This document shows positions 36,993-49,500 of a stretch of DNA of 64,000 bases, in pieces. The translations under genes were made by a program, and so were the position numbers. This DNA is from Nitrospira sp. (GTDB lineage Bacteria; Nitrospirota; Nitrospiria; Nitrospirales; Nitrospiraceae): positions 17,553 through 81,552 of the forward strand of contig SWDG01000006.1 in NCBI GenBank assembly GCA_005116965.1, given 5' to 3'. Positions within the stretch are counted from its first letter, which is position 1. Each line of letters starts with the position of its first letter. The notes beneath the pieces were generated by a model that saw only the letters and a list, made by a program, of their open reading frames with translations, made no database searches and had not been told where the DNA came from.

Positions 36993-37442
36993 ATGTGGAA
37001 CCCTATCGCATTGGCATCCGTGCTTCTTGCAGCGTTGCTGCTTCATGAATCGACTTGGGGCGCTGGCCTTGCTGCGGGAGGTGGAGCGAATCAGCCGCAT
37101 CGTATCATCATGCATCTCAACGCGAGTGACGAAAAGGTCCAGCGCGGCACCCTCAACAACATCAAACATCTCTATCAGGAACTCGGGCCGCAGAACCTCA
37201 CGGTTGAACTGGTGGTGCATGGGGCAGGCCTTCCACTTCTGACAAAAAAAGGCACAGCATTTGCTGCTGAGTTGGCTGATTTAAAGAAGACGTATGGCAT
37301 CAACTACACGGCCTGTTCCAACACCATGAAGACTATGCAGGTGACGAGGGAGGATTTGATCGGCGAAGTAGATGATACCGTGCCGGCGATGGTCCGGCTC
37401 ATGGAGCGACAGGAACAAGGTTGGGTGTACATAAAGCCGTAA
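36993..37442 (+). CDS. DsrE/DsrF-like family protein (COG1416-like) with signal peptide
   Basis: HRIIMHLNASD...VELVVHGAGL...NYTACSNTMK. The N-terminus MWNPIALASVLLAALLL looks like a signal peptide. The ORF is open from 36897. Confidence 0.55.
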   Translation: MWNPIALASVLLAALLLHESTWGAGLAAGGGANQPHRIIMHLNASDEKVQRGTLNNIKHLYQELGPQNLTVELVVHGAGLPLLTKKGTAFAAELADLKKTYGINYTACSNTMKTMQVTREDLIGEVDDTVPAMVRLMERQEQGWVYIKP

Positions 37443-37482
37443 CCGATGGGTATTGATTCAAAGCTAGAGCCGTGGAGGAAGA

Positions 37483-37917
37483 ATGGAACAAAAGAGTAAA
37501 GTGTATCTGTATCAGACCGCAGTGAAGTGGACGGAACAGCGCAAGGGCGTGATCGCTTGTACGGGGAAGCCTGATGTGCAGGTGGCAACACCGCCGGAGT
37601 TCAAGGGACATGACGGCATCTGGTCTCCCGAGGATCTCTTCGTGGCCTCCGCCAATGTCTGTTTAATGACGACGTTTCTCGCAGTGGCGGAACGAGCCGG
37701 ACTCGCCTTCTCTGCCTATGAGAGCACGGCGGAAGGTCGATTGGAGTTGGTGGAGGGAAAATTTCAATTCACTGCCATCACGATCAGGCCTTCCATCACC
37801 GTGAAGTCTGGAGAGGATGCGGGCAAAGCCAAGGAGCTGATTGAAAAAGCTGAGCGGAATTGTTTGATTTCCAACTCGATGAAAGCCTCAGTGACCTTGG
37901 AGGCGGTCATCTATTAG
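37483..37917 (+). CDS. OsmC/Ohr family peroxiredoxin-like protein
   Basis: 144 aa with SPEDLFVASANVCLMTTF and AERNCLISNS (the two conserved Cys). Confidence 0.8.
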   Translation: MEQKSKVYLYQTAVKWTEQRKGVIACTGKPDVQVATPPEFKGHDGIWSPEDLFVASANVCLMTTFLAVAERAGLAFSAYESTAEGRLELVEGKFQFTAITIRPSITVKSGEDAGKAKELIEKAERNCLISNSMKASVTLEAVIY

Positions 37918-37998
37918 CACTGCGGAACTACTTGCCACTGAGGCTTGTGTTGGTGAGTAGGAAGGTGGAGTTGTGAGGTCACAGTCAACGGAGAGCGG

Positions 37999-38784
37999 TT
38001 ACTGGTGCTCGAGATCGAACTGTGTAACCGAGTCTAAGCTCTTGGCAGCCACCGCTGCCTCCCATCCCGTTTCACAAGAGAGAAGGCGAACCTGCAACGT
38101 ATCCGTGAACTGCGCACCCAATCGTGCCCGAACTTCCGTGCAGACTTCGTCGGCCTCAAGGAAGATTTCGCAGTCGGGCAGTCCCTGAAGACCGATACCT
38201 TGTGCCTTGAGCAGCGCCTCTTTCGCAACCCAGTAGCGGAAGAATCGCACGGCTCGTTGTTCCTCAGGAGCCTCCATGATCGCCGTGTGTTCGGAACGAG
38301 TAAAATAGCGCTTGGATAATTTCGCAACCTCGACTTCTGAACGAACGCATTCAAGATCCACTCCGACTTCCTGCGCCTGTGAGACTGCGATGAGCGCACG
38401 GCCATAGGCGTGAGACAAATTGAACGTGATCGCTGACCGATCTCGTAGTTCCCTCGTCAGGAAGGGCTTGCCTGTTGCACTGCGCTCCAGCGCGACCACA
38501 TCCGGAGTGATTCCAAGGTACTTACTCAGCACGGCTCTCAGACCTCCGTGAGCCAGCACGTAACGCTGCCGGATATCGTCCCGAACAAGGCGCGCCGCTC
38601 GGTGCCGCTCGATTTCATCCAACCAGCTGGTGCATTGTTCCAGGCAGCGCTGCGATCCGTCGAGCTCAATTCCCCACAGGTGAACTGTGTTCGATGGAAG
38701 GCAGATATGATTCCGCCGCCGTGTATCGGCTAGACGCTCAAGTGATTGGAACGAGATCAACATCTTGCAGTTCCAAATGCACAC
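37999..38784 (-). CDS. Sfp-type 4'-phosphopantetheinyl transferase
   Basis: FNLSHAYG, EVGVDLECV and WVAKEALLKAQGIG motifs. It is the last gene of the NRPS operon. Confidence 0.85.
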   Translation of the reverse strand: MCIWNCKMLISFQSLERLADTRRRNHICLPSNTVHLWGIELDGSQRCLEQCTSWLDEIERHRAARLVRDDIRQRYVLAHGGLRAVLSKYLGITPDVVALERSATGKPFLTRELRDRSAITFNLSHAYGRALIAVSQAQEVGVDLECVRSEVEVAKLSKRYFTRSEHTAIMEAPEEQRAVRFFRYWVAKEALLKAQGIGLQGLPDCEIFLEADEVCTEVRARLGAQFTDTLQVRLLSCETGWEAAVAAKSLDSVTQFDLEHQ

Positions 38785-38793
38785 GTCCCGACA

Positions 38794-40455
38794 TCATGTC
38801 GTCATCCTTGCGCTGCTGTCTTTCACATGCTCCACAACCTTCCCGTCATCCAATTTAATGACCTGGTTGCCGAGATGGAAATACCGATCATCGTGAGTAA
38901 TCACGATAACCGTTTTCCCTCGCGCGCGTAGGTCTGGAAGCAATGTCTTGTAAAACACCTCTTTGTACTGCGGATCTTGATCCGCTGCCCATTCATCAAA
39001 CACATAGATCGAGCGATCCTCCAGGTAGGCCGTAATAAGCGCCAACCGCTTGCGTTGCCCTTGAGAGAGATCAAGGGTTGAGAAGGTGCGATCGCGTACA
39101 GTGACTTTGTGATCCAAATGCAGCAATCGCAAGTATTGAGGCGCGAGGCTATGGACCTGAGAATCCGAGTGACCAAGGAGTTTCTTGAAGAGGTAAAAGT
39201 CTGAAAATATGACTGAGAAGTGTTCGCGGTACCACTCTCGATTGGCATCAGTGATCATCGTACCAGCTAGTTTCACGTCTCCTCGTAGCGGCTGATACAA
39301 CCCCGAAAGAACTTTTACAAGTGTGGATTTCCCGCTTCCATTCCCTCCGATGATGAACACCAATTCGCCCGGACATAACTCTAGGCTGATGGGACCCAGC
39401 GTGAAGGGCGTTTCGGCATCATTATCTTGCCCGTAAGAAAACACGACATCGGTCCATTGCACGATGGGAGAGATCCCAGGCTCGAGACCTACTACTTCTC
39501 TCGTCTGGACGTCCTCTGGACAGACATCCAGCGATATGCCCAATCGTTCAATATTTTCCAATGCCACTTGACCTCGTTCGAGAGTTGGTGCCGTACTGAT
39601 GAGACTTGAAATGGGGCCCATCATATAGATCATGGCGACAATGTATCCAGTCAGTGCCTCTGAAGAGATAAGCCCAAAAGATGGAAATAGGAAAATGATG
39701 AAACCGATGAGGGAGTATAGGGAGACCGCATTCCAGGCTCCAAGCAGCGCTTGTATCCGCGTTGCTTCCAGATTCGTCTTTCTATAGAGTTCTGCCGCTC
39801 CTCGCACTTCCTCATCGACAAACTCCTGTCGTCGCGCCCGATGCATCAACAGCTCCTTTAGCCCGTCGGTGAGCGAGCGAAATCGTTGAAACAACTCAGC
39901 TCTGGCATCACGGGATGCGGCAATGATGTCGCGGACACTGGTGTGTAACCACTGATGTACTACGACACTCACGACAGCAACTCCGAGCACTGCGAGAAAT
40001 ACGCTCCACGACAACCAAGCAAGGAAGATTCCGCAGCCCAACACAAGTGCGCCATTCATGAGAAAACTAGGGAAACATTGGATCGCCCAGGTAACCCAAC
40101 TCACGTCATCCGTTAGGGTGACCAGAATATGGTTGGCCCCTCGTTGTTCGGAACGAAGTAACGGAGCCCGCAAGATCTTTGCGCAGAGAGACAAAGAGAG
40201 GTCCAAGATTGTGTCTTGTGAAAAGCGGACGAGCAGAACCTGGGATCCAAGCTGTGCCAGAATCTTGCCGGCGACAAGGCCGACAAACCCTAGCAGTACA
40301 AGAAGGGAATGGTCAGAGGGATGATGAACCACATAATTGATGAGTGCTAAGACTCCGGCGCTCAATAGCCCAGACAGGATGCCGACACAAAGCATGAGCC
40401 AGGCCATGGAGCTCGACCGTTGCACGATAAAGCGGAAAAATCGTCCAAAGGGCAT
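38794..40455 (-). CDS. cyclic-peptide export ABC transporter (fused TMD-NBD, SyrD/YojI-like)
   Basis: 553 aa. An N-terminal six-helix TMD is followed by GGNGSGKSTL, LSQGQRKRLA and VFDEWAADQDP, which is characteristic of this subfamily. Confidence 0.85.
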   Translation of the reverse strand: MPFGRFFRFIVQRSSSMAWLMLCVGILSGLLSAGVLALINYVVHHPSDHSLLVLLGFVGLVAGKILAQLGSQVLLVRFSQDTILDLSLSLCAKILRAPLLRSEQRGANHILVTLTDDVSWVTWAIQCFPSFLMNGALVLGCGIFLAWLSWSVFLAVLGVAVVSVVVHQWLHTSVRDIIAASRDARAELFQRFRSLTDGLKELLMHRARRQEFVDEEVRGAAELYRKTNLEATRIQALLGAWNAVSLYSLIGFIIFLFPSFGLISSEALTGYIVAMIYMMGPISSLISTAPTLERGQVALENIERLGISLDVCPEDVQTREVVGLEPGISPIVQWTDVVFSYGQDNDAETPFTLGPISLELCPGELVFIIGGNGSGKSTLVKVLSGLYQPLRGDVKLAGTMITDANREWYREHFSVIFSDFYLFKKLLGHSDSQVHSLAPQYLRLLHLDHKVTVRDRTFSTLDLSQGQRKRLALITAYLEDRSIYVFDEWAADQDPQYKEVFYKTLLPDLRARGKTVIVITHDDRYFHLGNQVIKLDDGKVVEHVKDSSARMTT

Positions 40456-40503
40456 CGTCGACTAGCCTCACTGTCACCAGGAAAGGAGAGAGGATGTGCA
40501 CAC

Positions 40504-43500
40504 CTAAATTACGTTGGCCAAAGGGACTGGCTTGTTTTGAGTATCCTTGCCAAGGAAAGCCTGCAGATGCTTTATCACTTCTTCCACATGTGGCGTGACA
40601 AGGAGCTGCCCTGAATTGATAGCTGCAACCTGCACGGTCTTGCTCCCTTCGCCCCCAAAGTCTGGCCAGACATGTCTGGTATCCGTTACCGACTGAGCGA
40701 CATACCGCTTTGATGCCACGATATTAAGAATATGCCCAGGGTATTTGCGAACGTCGTAGCGAGCCACAGCCTGGAGCGTGGCTCGGGTCACTCGTTCGAC
40801 TTGGAATTCGACAAATAGCTCATCGTTAGCGGCATTGGTTTGCGATAACGACATGAGTCTCTTGTATTTACGTTGGAGAAATGAAACCCAGTCTTTGATC
40901 GGCAAACAAACGAGCCTGGGAATAGTACGCAGTATCCTCCACAGCATAAACAGGGGCAGCCCAAACGTCATCGGCAACCTATAACGATGTGGGCGATATG
41001 TGGTTGGATGCCATGTGTCACTCATCACAAGTGTGACGGCCTGCCCCTGACCGACAAGTTGCTGAGCCATTTCATACGCGATCAGTCCGCCGGTACAACT
41101 ACCAAGGACGATATACGGCCCGTTCGGGCGAAAGCGACGGATCTGTGCAACATAATGACTCGCCATCTCCGGCACCGATGTAAACGGCGTCTCTTTTCCG
41201 TCCAGTCCTCGCGCCTGTAACCCGTAGGAGGGTTGATTCGGCCCCAGCAGCTTTGCCAGCTGAGCAAAGACCAAGACATTACCCCCAACTCCGGGTACCA
41301 TGAAAATCGGTGTCGCGTTCCCGCTCGGCTGAATGGCGACAAGGGATTGCCATGGCGGTGTCCACTGCTCATGTGAAAGTTTCGACGCGAACTCGGCAAT
41401 GGTTGGTGCTTGAAACAGTGTTGAAAGCGGAAGATGTCGCCCATAGACTTGTTCAATGAGAAAGAAGAGCTGGGCGGCTTTGAGTGAGTGGCCGCCGAGA
41501 TCAAAGAAGTTGTCGTGAATCCCGACCTTGTCGATTTCGAAAACCTGTTGCCACAAGGCCGCCATCTGTATATCCATTCGATCGTGCGGGGCAACATGAA
41601 CCGCATCATTAGAGACCGAGGAGACGGGAGAGGGTAAGGCGTTCCGGTCGATCTTGTTATTGGCCGTCAAGGGCAGGGTTTTCAGAAAGACGAAGAGGGA
41701 GGGGACCATGTAGTCCGGAATCTCGGACCGAAGAAATAAGCGAAGGTCCTGCTGGCTTGGCGCAGAGCCCTCTTGGCAGACCAGATACGCCACCAACTGC
41801 TTTGCACCGTGCGGGTCCTCCCGCGCGAGGACTGCTGCCTGACGGATCGCTTGATGACGGCTCAGCGCGGTCTCGATCTCACCCAATTCGATCCGATACC
41901 CTCTGATCTTAACCTGGTGATCCAATCGACCGAGATGCACGATGCGTCCATCTGGGCGATACCGTGCTAAGTCTCCCGTTCGATAGAGTCTTGCGAGGGG
42001 CTCCGGAGAAAATGGATGAGGGATGAACCGCTCCGCTGTTAAGTCAGGCTGTCCCCGATAGCCTCGGGCTAACCCATGGCCGCCGATATAGAGCTCACCG
42101 GCAACCCCGACTGGAGCCGGCTGCAGGAATTGATCCAAGATGTACACGTCTGTATTGGCGATTGGTCTCCCAATGGTGATCTCCCGATCAGTCCGTTCGA
42201 TTCGTTCGACCGTAGACCAAATCGTGGTTTCAGTCGGACCATACATGTTCCACAAGGCGACGCAACGTTCCAGCAGTGACGCCGCAAGATCCGGAGGAAG
42301 GGCCTCCCCTCCACAGAGTACCGTCAGGCTGCTACTACCGCGCCATCCCGCCTCAACCAGCATGCGCCATGTGGCAGGGGTCGCTTGCATGATCGTCGGC
42401 TGAACGGTTTCACAGAGATCACGTAATGGTCGTCCATCCATCGCGACCGCTCGACTGGCGATCTCGACACGGGCTCCAGCCAGCAACGGCACATACAATT
42501 CCAAGCCGAAAATATCAAAGGAGATTGTCGTCACCGAGAGCATGACATCGTGAGCGGTACATCCCGGCTCTTGCCGTATCGAACTCACGAAGTTCACAAG
42601 GGCGCGGTGCGGAATTTCCACGCCCTTGGGCTGTCCTGTGGAACCAGACGTATACAGAATATACGCCAGGTCTTGCGGTGTGGCGATCGGGCCTAGATTG
42701 TGGTCTGCTTCCTGCGCGATGCGGCTCTCCTCGCGGTCCAGACACAGCAGACGGCAGACCTGCGCATCAAATCGATCGGCGAGGGAGGCGAATGTGAGCA
42801 CAATGGCGAGGGAGGCGTTCTCGGCCATATACCGGAGTCGATCCCGTGGAAACTCAGGGTCGAGAGGGACATAGGCCGCACCGGTTTTCAGCACGGCCAG
42901 CAACGCAATGACCATCTCCAAGGATCGATCGAGACTAATACCCACCGTGACACCAGGCTTGGCGCCCAGGGTTCGCAGGTAGCCTGCCAGCTGATTGGCC
43001 CGGACATTCAGCTCACCGTACCGCAGTGCCTTCGGTCCCATCGACAACGCAACGGCATCGGGCGTCCGCTTGACCTGCGCTTCAAACAACTGAGGAAAAC
43101 ATTCAGACTGTGGATACTCTCGTTGCGTGCGGTTCCAATCCTGCAGCATCTGTTGCTGCTCGGGCGCCGTCAGTGTTGGGAGCTCGGACAGTTTACGCTG
43201 AGGATTGGCCAATGCGCTCTGGAGTAGGAGCTTATACTGTCCGAGCATCCGCTCAGCAGTCTGAGGCTCGAAGAGATTGGTGTTGAACGTCAAATACGCT
43301 CTCCGGGAGAACTCTGTCTCGATCGTCAAACTTAAGTCGAATTGTGCGGCTTGCGTCTCCACCTCGAACGGCACCCAACTCAACCCTTGGACGTTGATCT
43401 CCCCTATTGGAGCATTCGGGACATTGAAGAGGACCTGCACCAGGGGGGCAGAGCTTTGGTCACGAGAGGAGTGCATCATCTCAACTAATTTGTCGAACGG

Positions 43501-46500
43501 GAAGTCCTGATTGGCATAGGCCTCTAACGCCGTGTCACGCACCCGTGTTATCAACTCGATGAACGTCGGATCGCCGGAGAGATCGGTACGGAGCACGAGT
43601 GTATTGACAAACGAGCCGATGATCGACTCGACCGCAGATTGAGTTCGGTTGGCGATGGGAGAGCCGATAGCCACATCAGTTTGGCCGGAATAGCGCCGCA
43701 AGAGAATCTGGAAGCCCGCCAACAGGGACATGAACACCGTCGCATTATGTTCCGCGCTGAATTGTTTCAGGCGGTCAATCAATGAGGTGGGCAATTCCAC
43801 CATGCGATGTGAGCCGTTAAACGTTTGTACGACGGGCCGTGGATAATCGGTCGGCAACGAAAGCTTTGACAGCCCGGCCAGCTTCTTTTGCCAATAGTCC
43901 GATTGTGTGCTCAGCCAGTCGTCGGTCAGACAACGTCGTTGCCACACGGCATAGTCGGCATACTGAAGAGGGATCGGTTTTGCCGACGGAATGTCTCCTC
44001 GGCAAAACGCGTTGTAGAAGAAGGCAAACTCATGGCCGATGACTCCGAATGACCACTGGTCTCCGATGATATGGTGCATCGTGAGCACCAACACATGGTC
44101 CTCAGGCTCGACTTCGATCAAGAGGAATCGTGCCAGCGGGCCTTGCTCAAGATCGAACCGCTGGTTTGCTTCCTGCTCCACAAGCTGGGCCGCTTGCTGT
44201 TGTCGTTCCTCGCGAGGCCGCTGGGTAAGATCAACTTCGACCCAATGGGGAGGGCGAAAGGGGTGGATCGTTTGGACTGGTCCCTCACCCTTCATCATAA
44301 ACGTCGTTCGAAAAGCCTCATGGCGGTGACAGATGGCATCGACCGTGCTCCGGAGAGCTGATTTGTTGAGCCGTCCCATTTGCCGTGACGCAAACGACAT
44401 GTTATACGCCGTGCTCTCAGGGGCCAGCTGATACATCAGCCACATACGTTGCTGAGAATAGGACAAGGGGAGTGGCTGATCTCTCGGCACCGGAGTGATC
44501 GGTGGCATCACGGAAGCCTGCTGGTCCTTCTGGCGCAACCGCGCCACTTCTTCGGCCAATGCCGCAATCGTTGGTCGCTCAAACAGGGCCGGGAGTGAAA
44601 CATCAACCTCAAAGAGCTCGCGTATCCGAGAGACGAGCTGAGTTGCCAAGAGCGAATGACCTCCCTGCTCAAAAAAATGGTCGTGGACACCGGCCTCTGG
44701 GACTTGAAGCACGGATTTCCACAGCTCAGCCAGGGACTCTTCGACCTGATTTCTCGGAGCCACCCTGGGAGCCACTTGACCTGTTGTGGTGTTCGGAGCG
44801 GGAAGAGCATGTCGATTCACTTTTCCTGTGGCACTGAGCGGCATCGTGTCAAGCCACAGAATCATGGATGGCACCATGTAGTGTGGCAGTCGAGCTGTGA
44901 GAAAACGCCGAACCTCTTCAAGCCTTTCGTTCAGCGACGACTCGCCGGTGACATAGCCGACCAACCGGTACTGGTCCCGTTTATCCTGCCGAAGCAGCAC
45001 CGCCACGTGATGCACACCCGGAAAGTTACTCAGCACATACTCAATCTCTCCGAGTTCGATCCGATAGCCACGCAGCTTCACTTGTTGATCCACCCGACCC
45101 AAAAACTCCACATTGCCATCGGCGCGATACCGAGCCAGGTCACCGGTCCGATACAATCTGGTGCCGGGCGCGTAGGGATTCGCAAGAAACCGCTCTTGGG
45201 TCAATTGCGGCTGGTTGACATAGCCGCGGGCCAGACACTCTCCCGCGATATAAAGTTCTCCCGGCACGCCGATCGGCATCAGTTGCAGACTTGCATCCAG
45301 CACATACAGTTGCATGTGGGCAATGGGTTTGCCGATTGGAACGCGGGCTGCAGCTTCGTCCCGAGTCGTGTGATATACGCTACACCAGACCGTGGCTTCC
45401 GTCGGTCCATATTCGTTGTACAGCGTGGCATGGGGCAGGAGTTCGTAATGTCGTCGCACGAGTTCAAGGGGCAGGCTTTCTCCGGCCGTAATGCTGATAC
45501 GAAGCGATTCCAGCTGAGCACTTAACGCCTCGCCCAGCACGGCGTGGTACAAAGAAGGAACCCACACGATGTGTGAGATGCGATGGTGCTCGATGAGCGA
45601 CGCAAGCTCCGTTGGGTCGCGATGGGCGGTCTCCGGTGGAATGACCAGTTCCCCCCCCTGCAGCAACGTCCAAAATATACCTGTCACAGACCCATCAAAG
45701 GCCAGAGAGAAGGTCAGTAGGAATCGGGATACCGGGTCCGGATAGTACTGCAGTCTGGCATGTAGAGAGGTCACCAGGCTGCGGTGTGTCACGGCCACAC
45801 CCTTGGGTCTTCCTGTCGAACCCGAGGTGTAGATGATATAGGCGAGCTGATCCGGGGAGACCGAAAGCGCGAGGTTCCCCTCCTCCGCTCCGCTTCCTGT
45901 GGGTGCAGAGAGGGTTTCTACATCACAGATCTGGCCGCCATAGCTCTGTATATGGTGACGGAGATGCGCCTGTGTAACGACGATGGAAACGTGCGAGTCC
46001 TCCAGCATGAGCTGGAGACGATGATCAGGGAAGGACGGATCCAGGGGAACATACCCGCCTCCTGCTTTGAGAATACCTACGAGGCCCACGAGGGCATCTA
46101 CCGAGCGCTCGACACAGAGCCCCACCGGGAGATCCGCACCGACCCCCAATTTCTGTAGGGCGCGAGCAACTCGATTCGCTCGTCGGTTCAGCTCTTGGTA
46201 GCTGATGGACTGGTCTCCGCACGTGACGGCGAGTGCCAGGGGAGTCCGTTCCACCTGTGCCTCAATGAGTGTATGGATACTAGAGGCCTGGGCGGACGGT
46301 TCGTCCCACGTCAACTGAATGTTCTGTCGCTCCTCGGCGGTGAGGAATGACAGTTGATCAAGGCGGGCCTCAGGTTTCTTGAGAAATTCCTCAAGCAAGA
46401 TCTCCAGCTGTCCCAGCATTCGGTCCACCGTCGAATCGTCAAAAATCGTCGAGTCATGGAGAAACGCCAGTTCCAGGCCATGCGCCGTATTCACGACCAT

Positions 46501-49500
46501 TAACACGAGGTCGAACTCTGATGCAGTCGGCTCCCAAGGGAGATGCGTGACCTCAAGATTCCTGACGGTGAACGTGGACAAGGGGTCGTCCTCACACACG
46601 ATCATCACATTGAAGAGTGGAGACAGGGATCGCTCACGTTGTAACGACAGTGCCTCGATTACCTCCTCAAATGGGAGTTCTTGGTGGTCATAGGCCTGCA
46701 CCACTATACGGCGTATCTGTTTCAACAACTCGTGTCCTGTCAGCCCATCCGACACCTCAGATCGCAACGCCACCGTATTGACGCAATACCCCATCACGTC
46801 TTCGAGCTCTCTCCGACGCCTGCCGGCCACGATCGATCCAATGACGATATCCGACTCGTGTGTGTAACGATGGAGCCACGTCGCAAAGACGGCGTACAGC
46901 ACCATGAACGTCGTGAGGCTCTGGCGTTGGCAGAAATGATCGAGACGGGTTGAAAGCTCTGGAGGGAGCGATCGGGACCGCACGCCTCCCTCGAACGTGC
47001 GCACCCTCGGCCGCTGACGATCGACCGGTAGTTCAGCGGGTGGTCGGGCACCGCTCAATTGCCCGATCCAGTAGGCTTGATGGACTTCACGAAGGCCTTG
47101 ATCCAGCCTGGTTCTCTGCCAATCGGCATAGTCCGCATACTGAACGGTCAGCGTGGGCAGTAGAGCCTTGTGAACATCACCACCGGCTTCCCACAGAAGG
47201 GCCAGCTCCTTCCAGAAGATACGGAGAGACCACCCGTCAGCGACGAGGCGGTGGAATGTCACGGTCAGGACATGCACGTCTTGCTCAAGCGCCAGCAGAG
47301 TCAGCCTCCATAGCGGTCCCTGTCGTAAGTCGAATGGCCGGTTCCTCTCCGTTCGTAGGAATTGCTGCACCTGAATGTCTTGCGCCGCAGGGGCTAATCC
47401 TTGGAAATCTTGCCGTCCTATCGTGACAATCGCCTCAGAAGACACTCCCGCGAATCCTTCCCCTCGCTCCGATCCGAAACGCGTTCGAAGAATCTCGTGG
47501 CGACGGGCGATTTCCCGTACCGACCGCTCCAATACCTCAGGGTTGACCGGTCCACGGATGCGTACGCTCATGGAAATATGATTGATCGCGCTCCCAGGAT
47601 GCACTTGCTCTAAGAACCAGAGTCGCTGCTGAGATGGGCTGAGAGGAATTCTGCCTTCCCTTCTGGATGTCGAGCGAAGCGGAATGCGCGGAATCCCAGC
47701 CCTGCCGCCTTCTGCGTCATCTGGACTCGTACTCAGTTCATCGATCCGAGTGGCCAGTGCGAACAAGGTCGGACATTCGAACAGCACGCTGAGGGGGAGT
47801 TCGACGTGGAAGACGTCGAGGATACGCGCCACAACCTGTGCGGCAAGGAGCGAATTGCCGCCGAGTGAGAAGAAGTTCGCGTGACGGTGCGGAAGGGGTC
47901 CTCCAAGCACCTCGTGCCAGATATCGGCCAGCCCTGTTTCGAGAGCGGTTTGCGGACTCTCATTCGAGACTCCGTCGGTTTCAACATTCTGATCGGAATC
48001 CAACGTGTTTTCTCTGACGACGGCAAGCTGGCCAGCCTCAAAGGCGGCCTTGCAGGCGCCTCGTTGAATTTTTCCGCTCGAGGTTCGTGGGATTGTGCCG
48101 GACTTGATCAGTACCACGGTGTGGAGTTCGAGTTCATACTCATCCGCCAGCGCACGACGGATGCAGTTCACCACGTCCATCAAATCGGATTCGGACACCT
48201 GCTTCTCGATCTCATGGACCAGCGCCACACGTTCTCCGGTCTTGTCCTCAATCGAGAAGGCCGCTCCATATCCTCGTCGCAAGCCGGGGTGCGCGTGCTG
48301 GGCCGACCACTCCAGATCGTGGGGATAATAGTTCCGCCCACGCACGATGATCAGATCCTTGAGGCGTCCGGTCAGGAACAGCTCTCCGCTGTGGATAAAT
48401 CCCAGATCGCCGGTCCGTAAATAGGGACCCTCACCTGACCCAGTAAGAGCGGCGTTAAATGTGGCATCCGTTTCTTCTGGTTTGCCCCAGTATCCAGCGC
48501 CGATCCCGGTTCCGGCCAGCCACACCTCTCCTACGAAGCCTGATGGGCATTCAGCGTGAGTCACAGGATTCACAATCCGTACATGCGTTTCTTCAAGAGG
48601 TTCTCCGCATCCGACCAATGTTCGGGTTCCCTGTTCCGAGGCGGGAGCCTCTTTGATGATCGAGTCGGCCAACGCCTCAGCCTCAACACGCAAGAAGCTC
48701 GGCTCCGCATCGGCCCGCTTCACTGTCACCAAGAGCGTGGCTTCTGCAAGTCCATACGCCGGGGCAAACGTCGTTCGCCGGAATCCCCGTGGACCAAAGG
48801 TGTCGATAAACTGCTCCACTGTCTCCGGACGGATGGGTTCGGCGCCGCAACTGGCGACCAGCCACGTGCTCAAGTCAGCCTGCCATCCTGGCTGTTGCCG
48901 CACAGCCCTGAGACACGCCTCATAGGAAAAATTCGGTCCCCCGCTGTGGGTAATCTCAAATCGAGACACCGCATCGAGCCAGCGTAATGGCCGCCGGAGG
49001 AACGTGACGGGTGACATCAGATAGGCAGGAATGCCGGCGTAGAACGGGGCGAGGATTCCGTGCAGTAATCCATAGTCATGAAAATACGGCAACCAGCAGA
49101 GCGACCGGCTGCGGTCCGATACGTCTCCGGCCAGACTCAAGGCCCTGCAGTGAGCGAGTACATTTCCCTGGCTGATCATGACACCGCGAGGCGTGGCCGT
49201 CGATCCAGAGGTGTATTGCAGGTAGGCGAGGGCGTTGTCGTGTGGCTGTGGCCACTCAATCGAGTCGCTTGACTCGTAGGGTTGATCGGTCGTCACCCAC
49301 GTGATCGGACCCGTCTCATTGGCGAGTGAAAGTTCCGAAGACAACGCCGTGCTACGTGAAGTCGTGAGGACCAGCGAGACCCGGGCATCCTCGATAATAC
49401 TGCGCAGTCTGGGCAGCGCATGTTTCCGCCTGATGGGGTCGGGAGCCGGAGCAGGAACTGGGACAAGCCCGGCACAGACACAGGCCCAAAACGCGCATGC

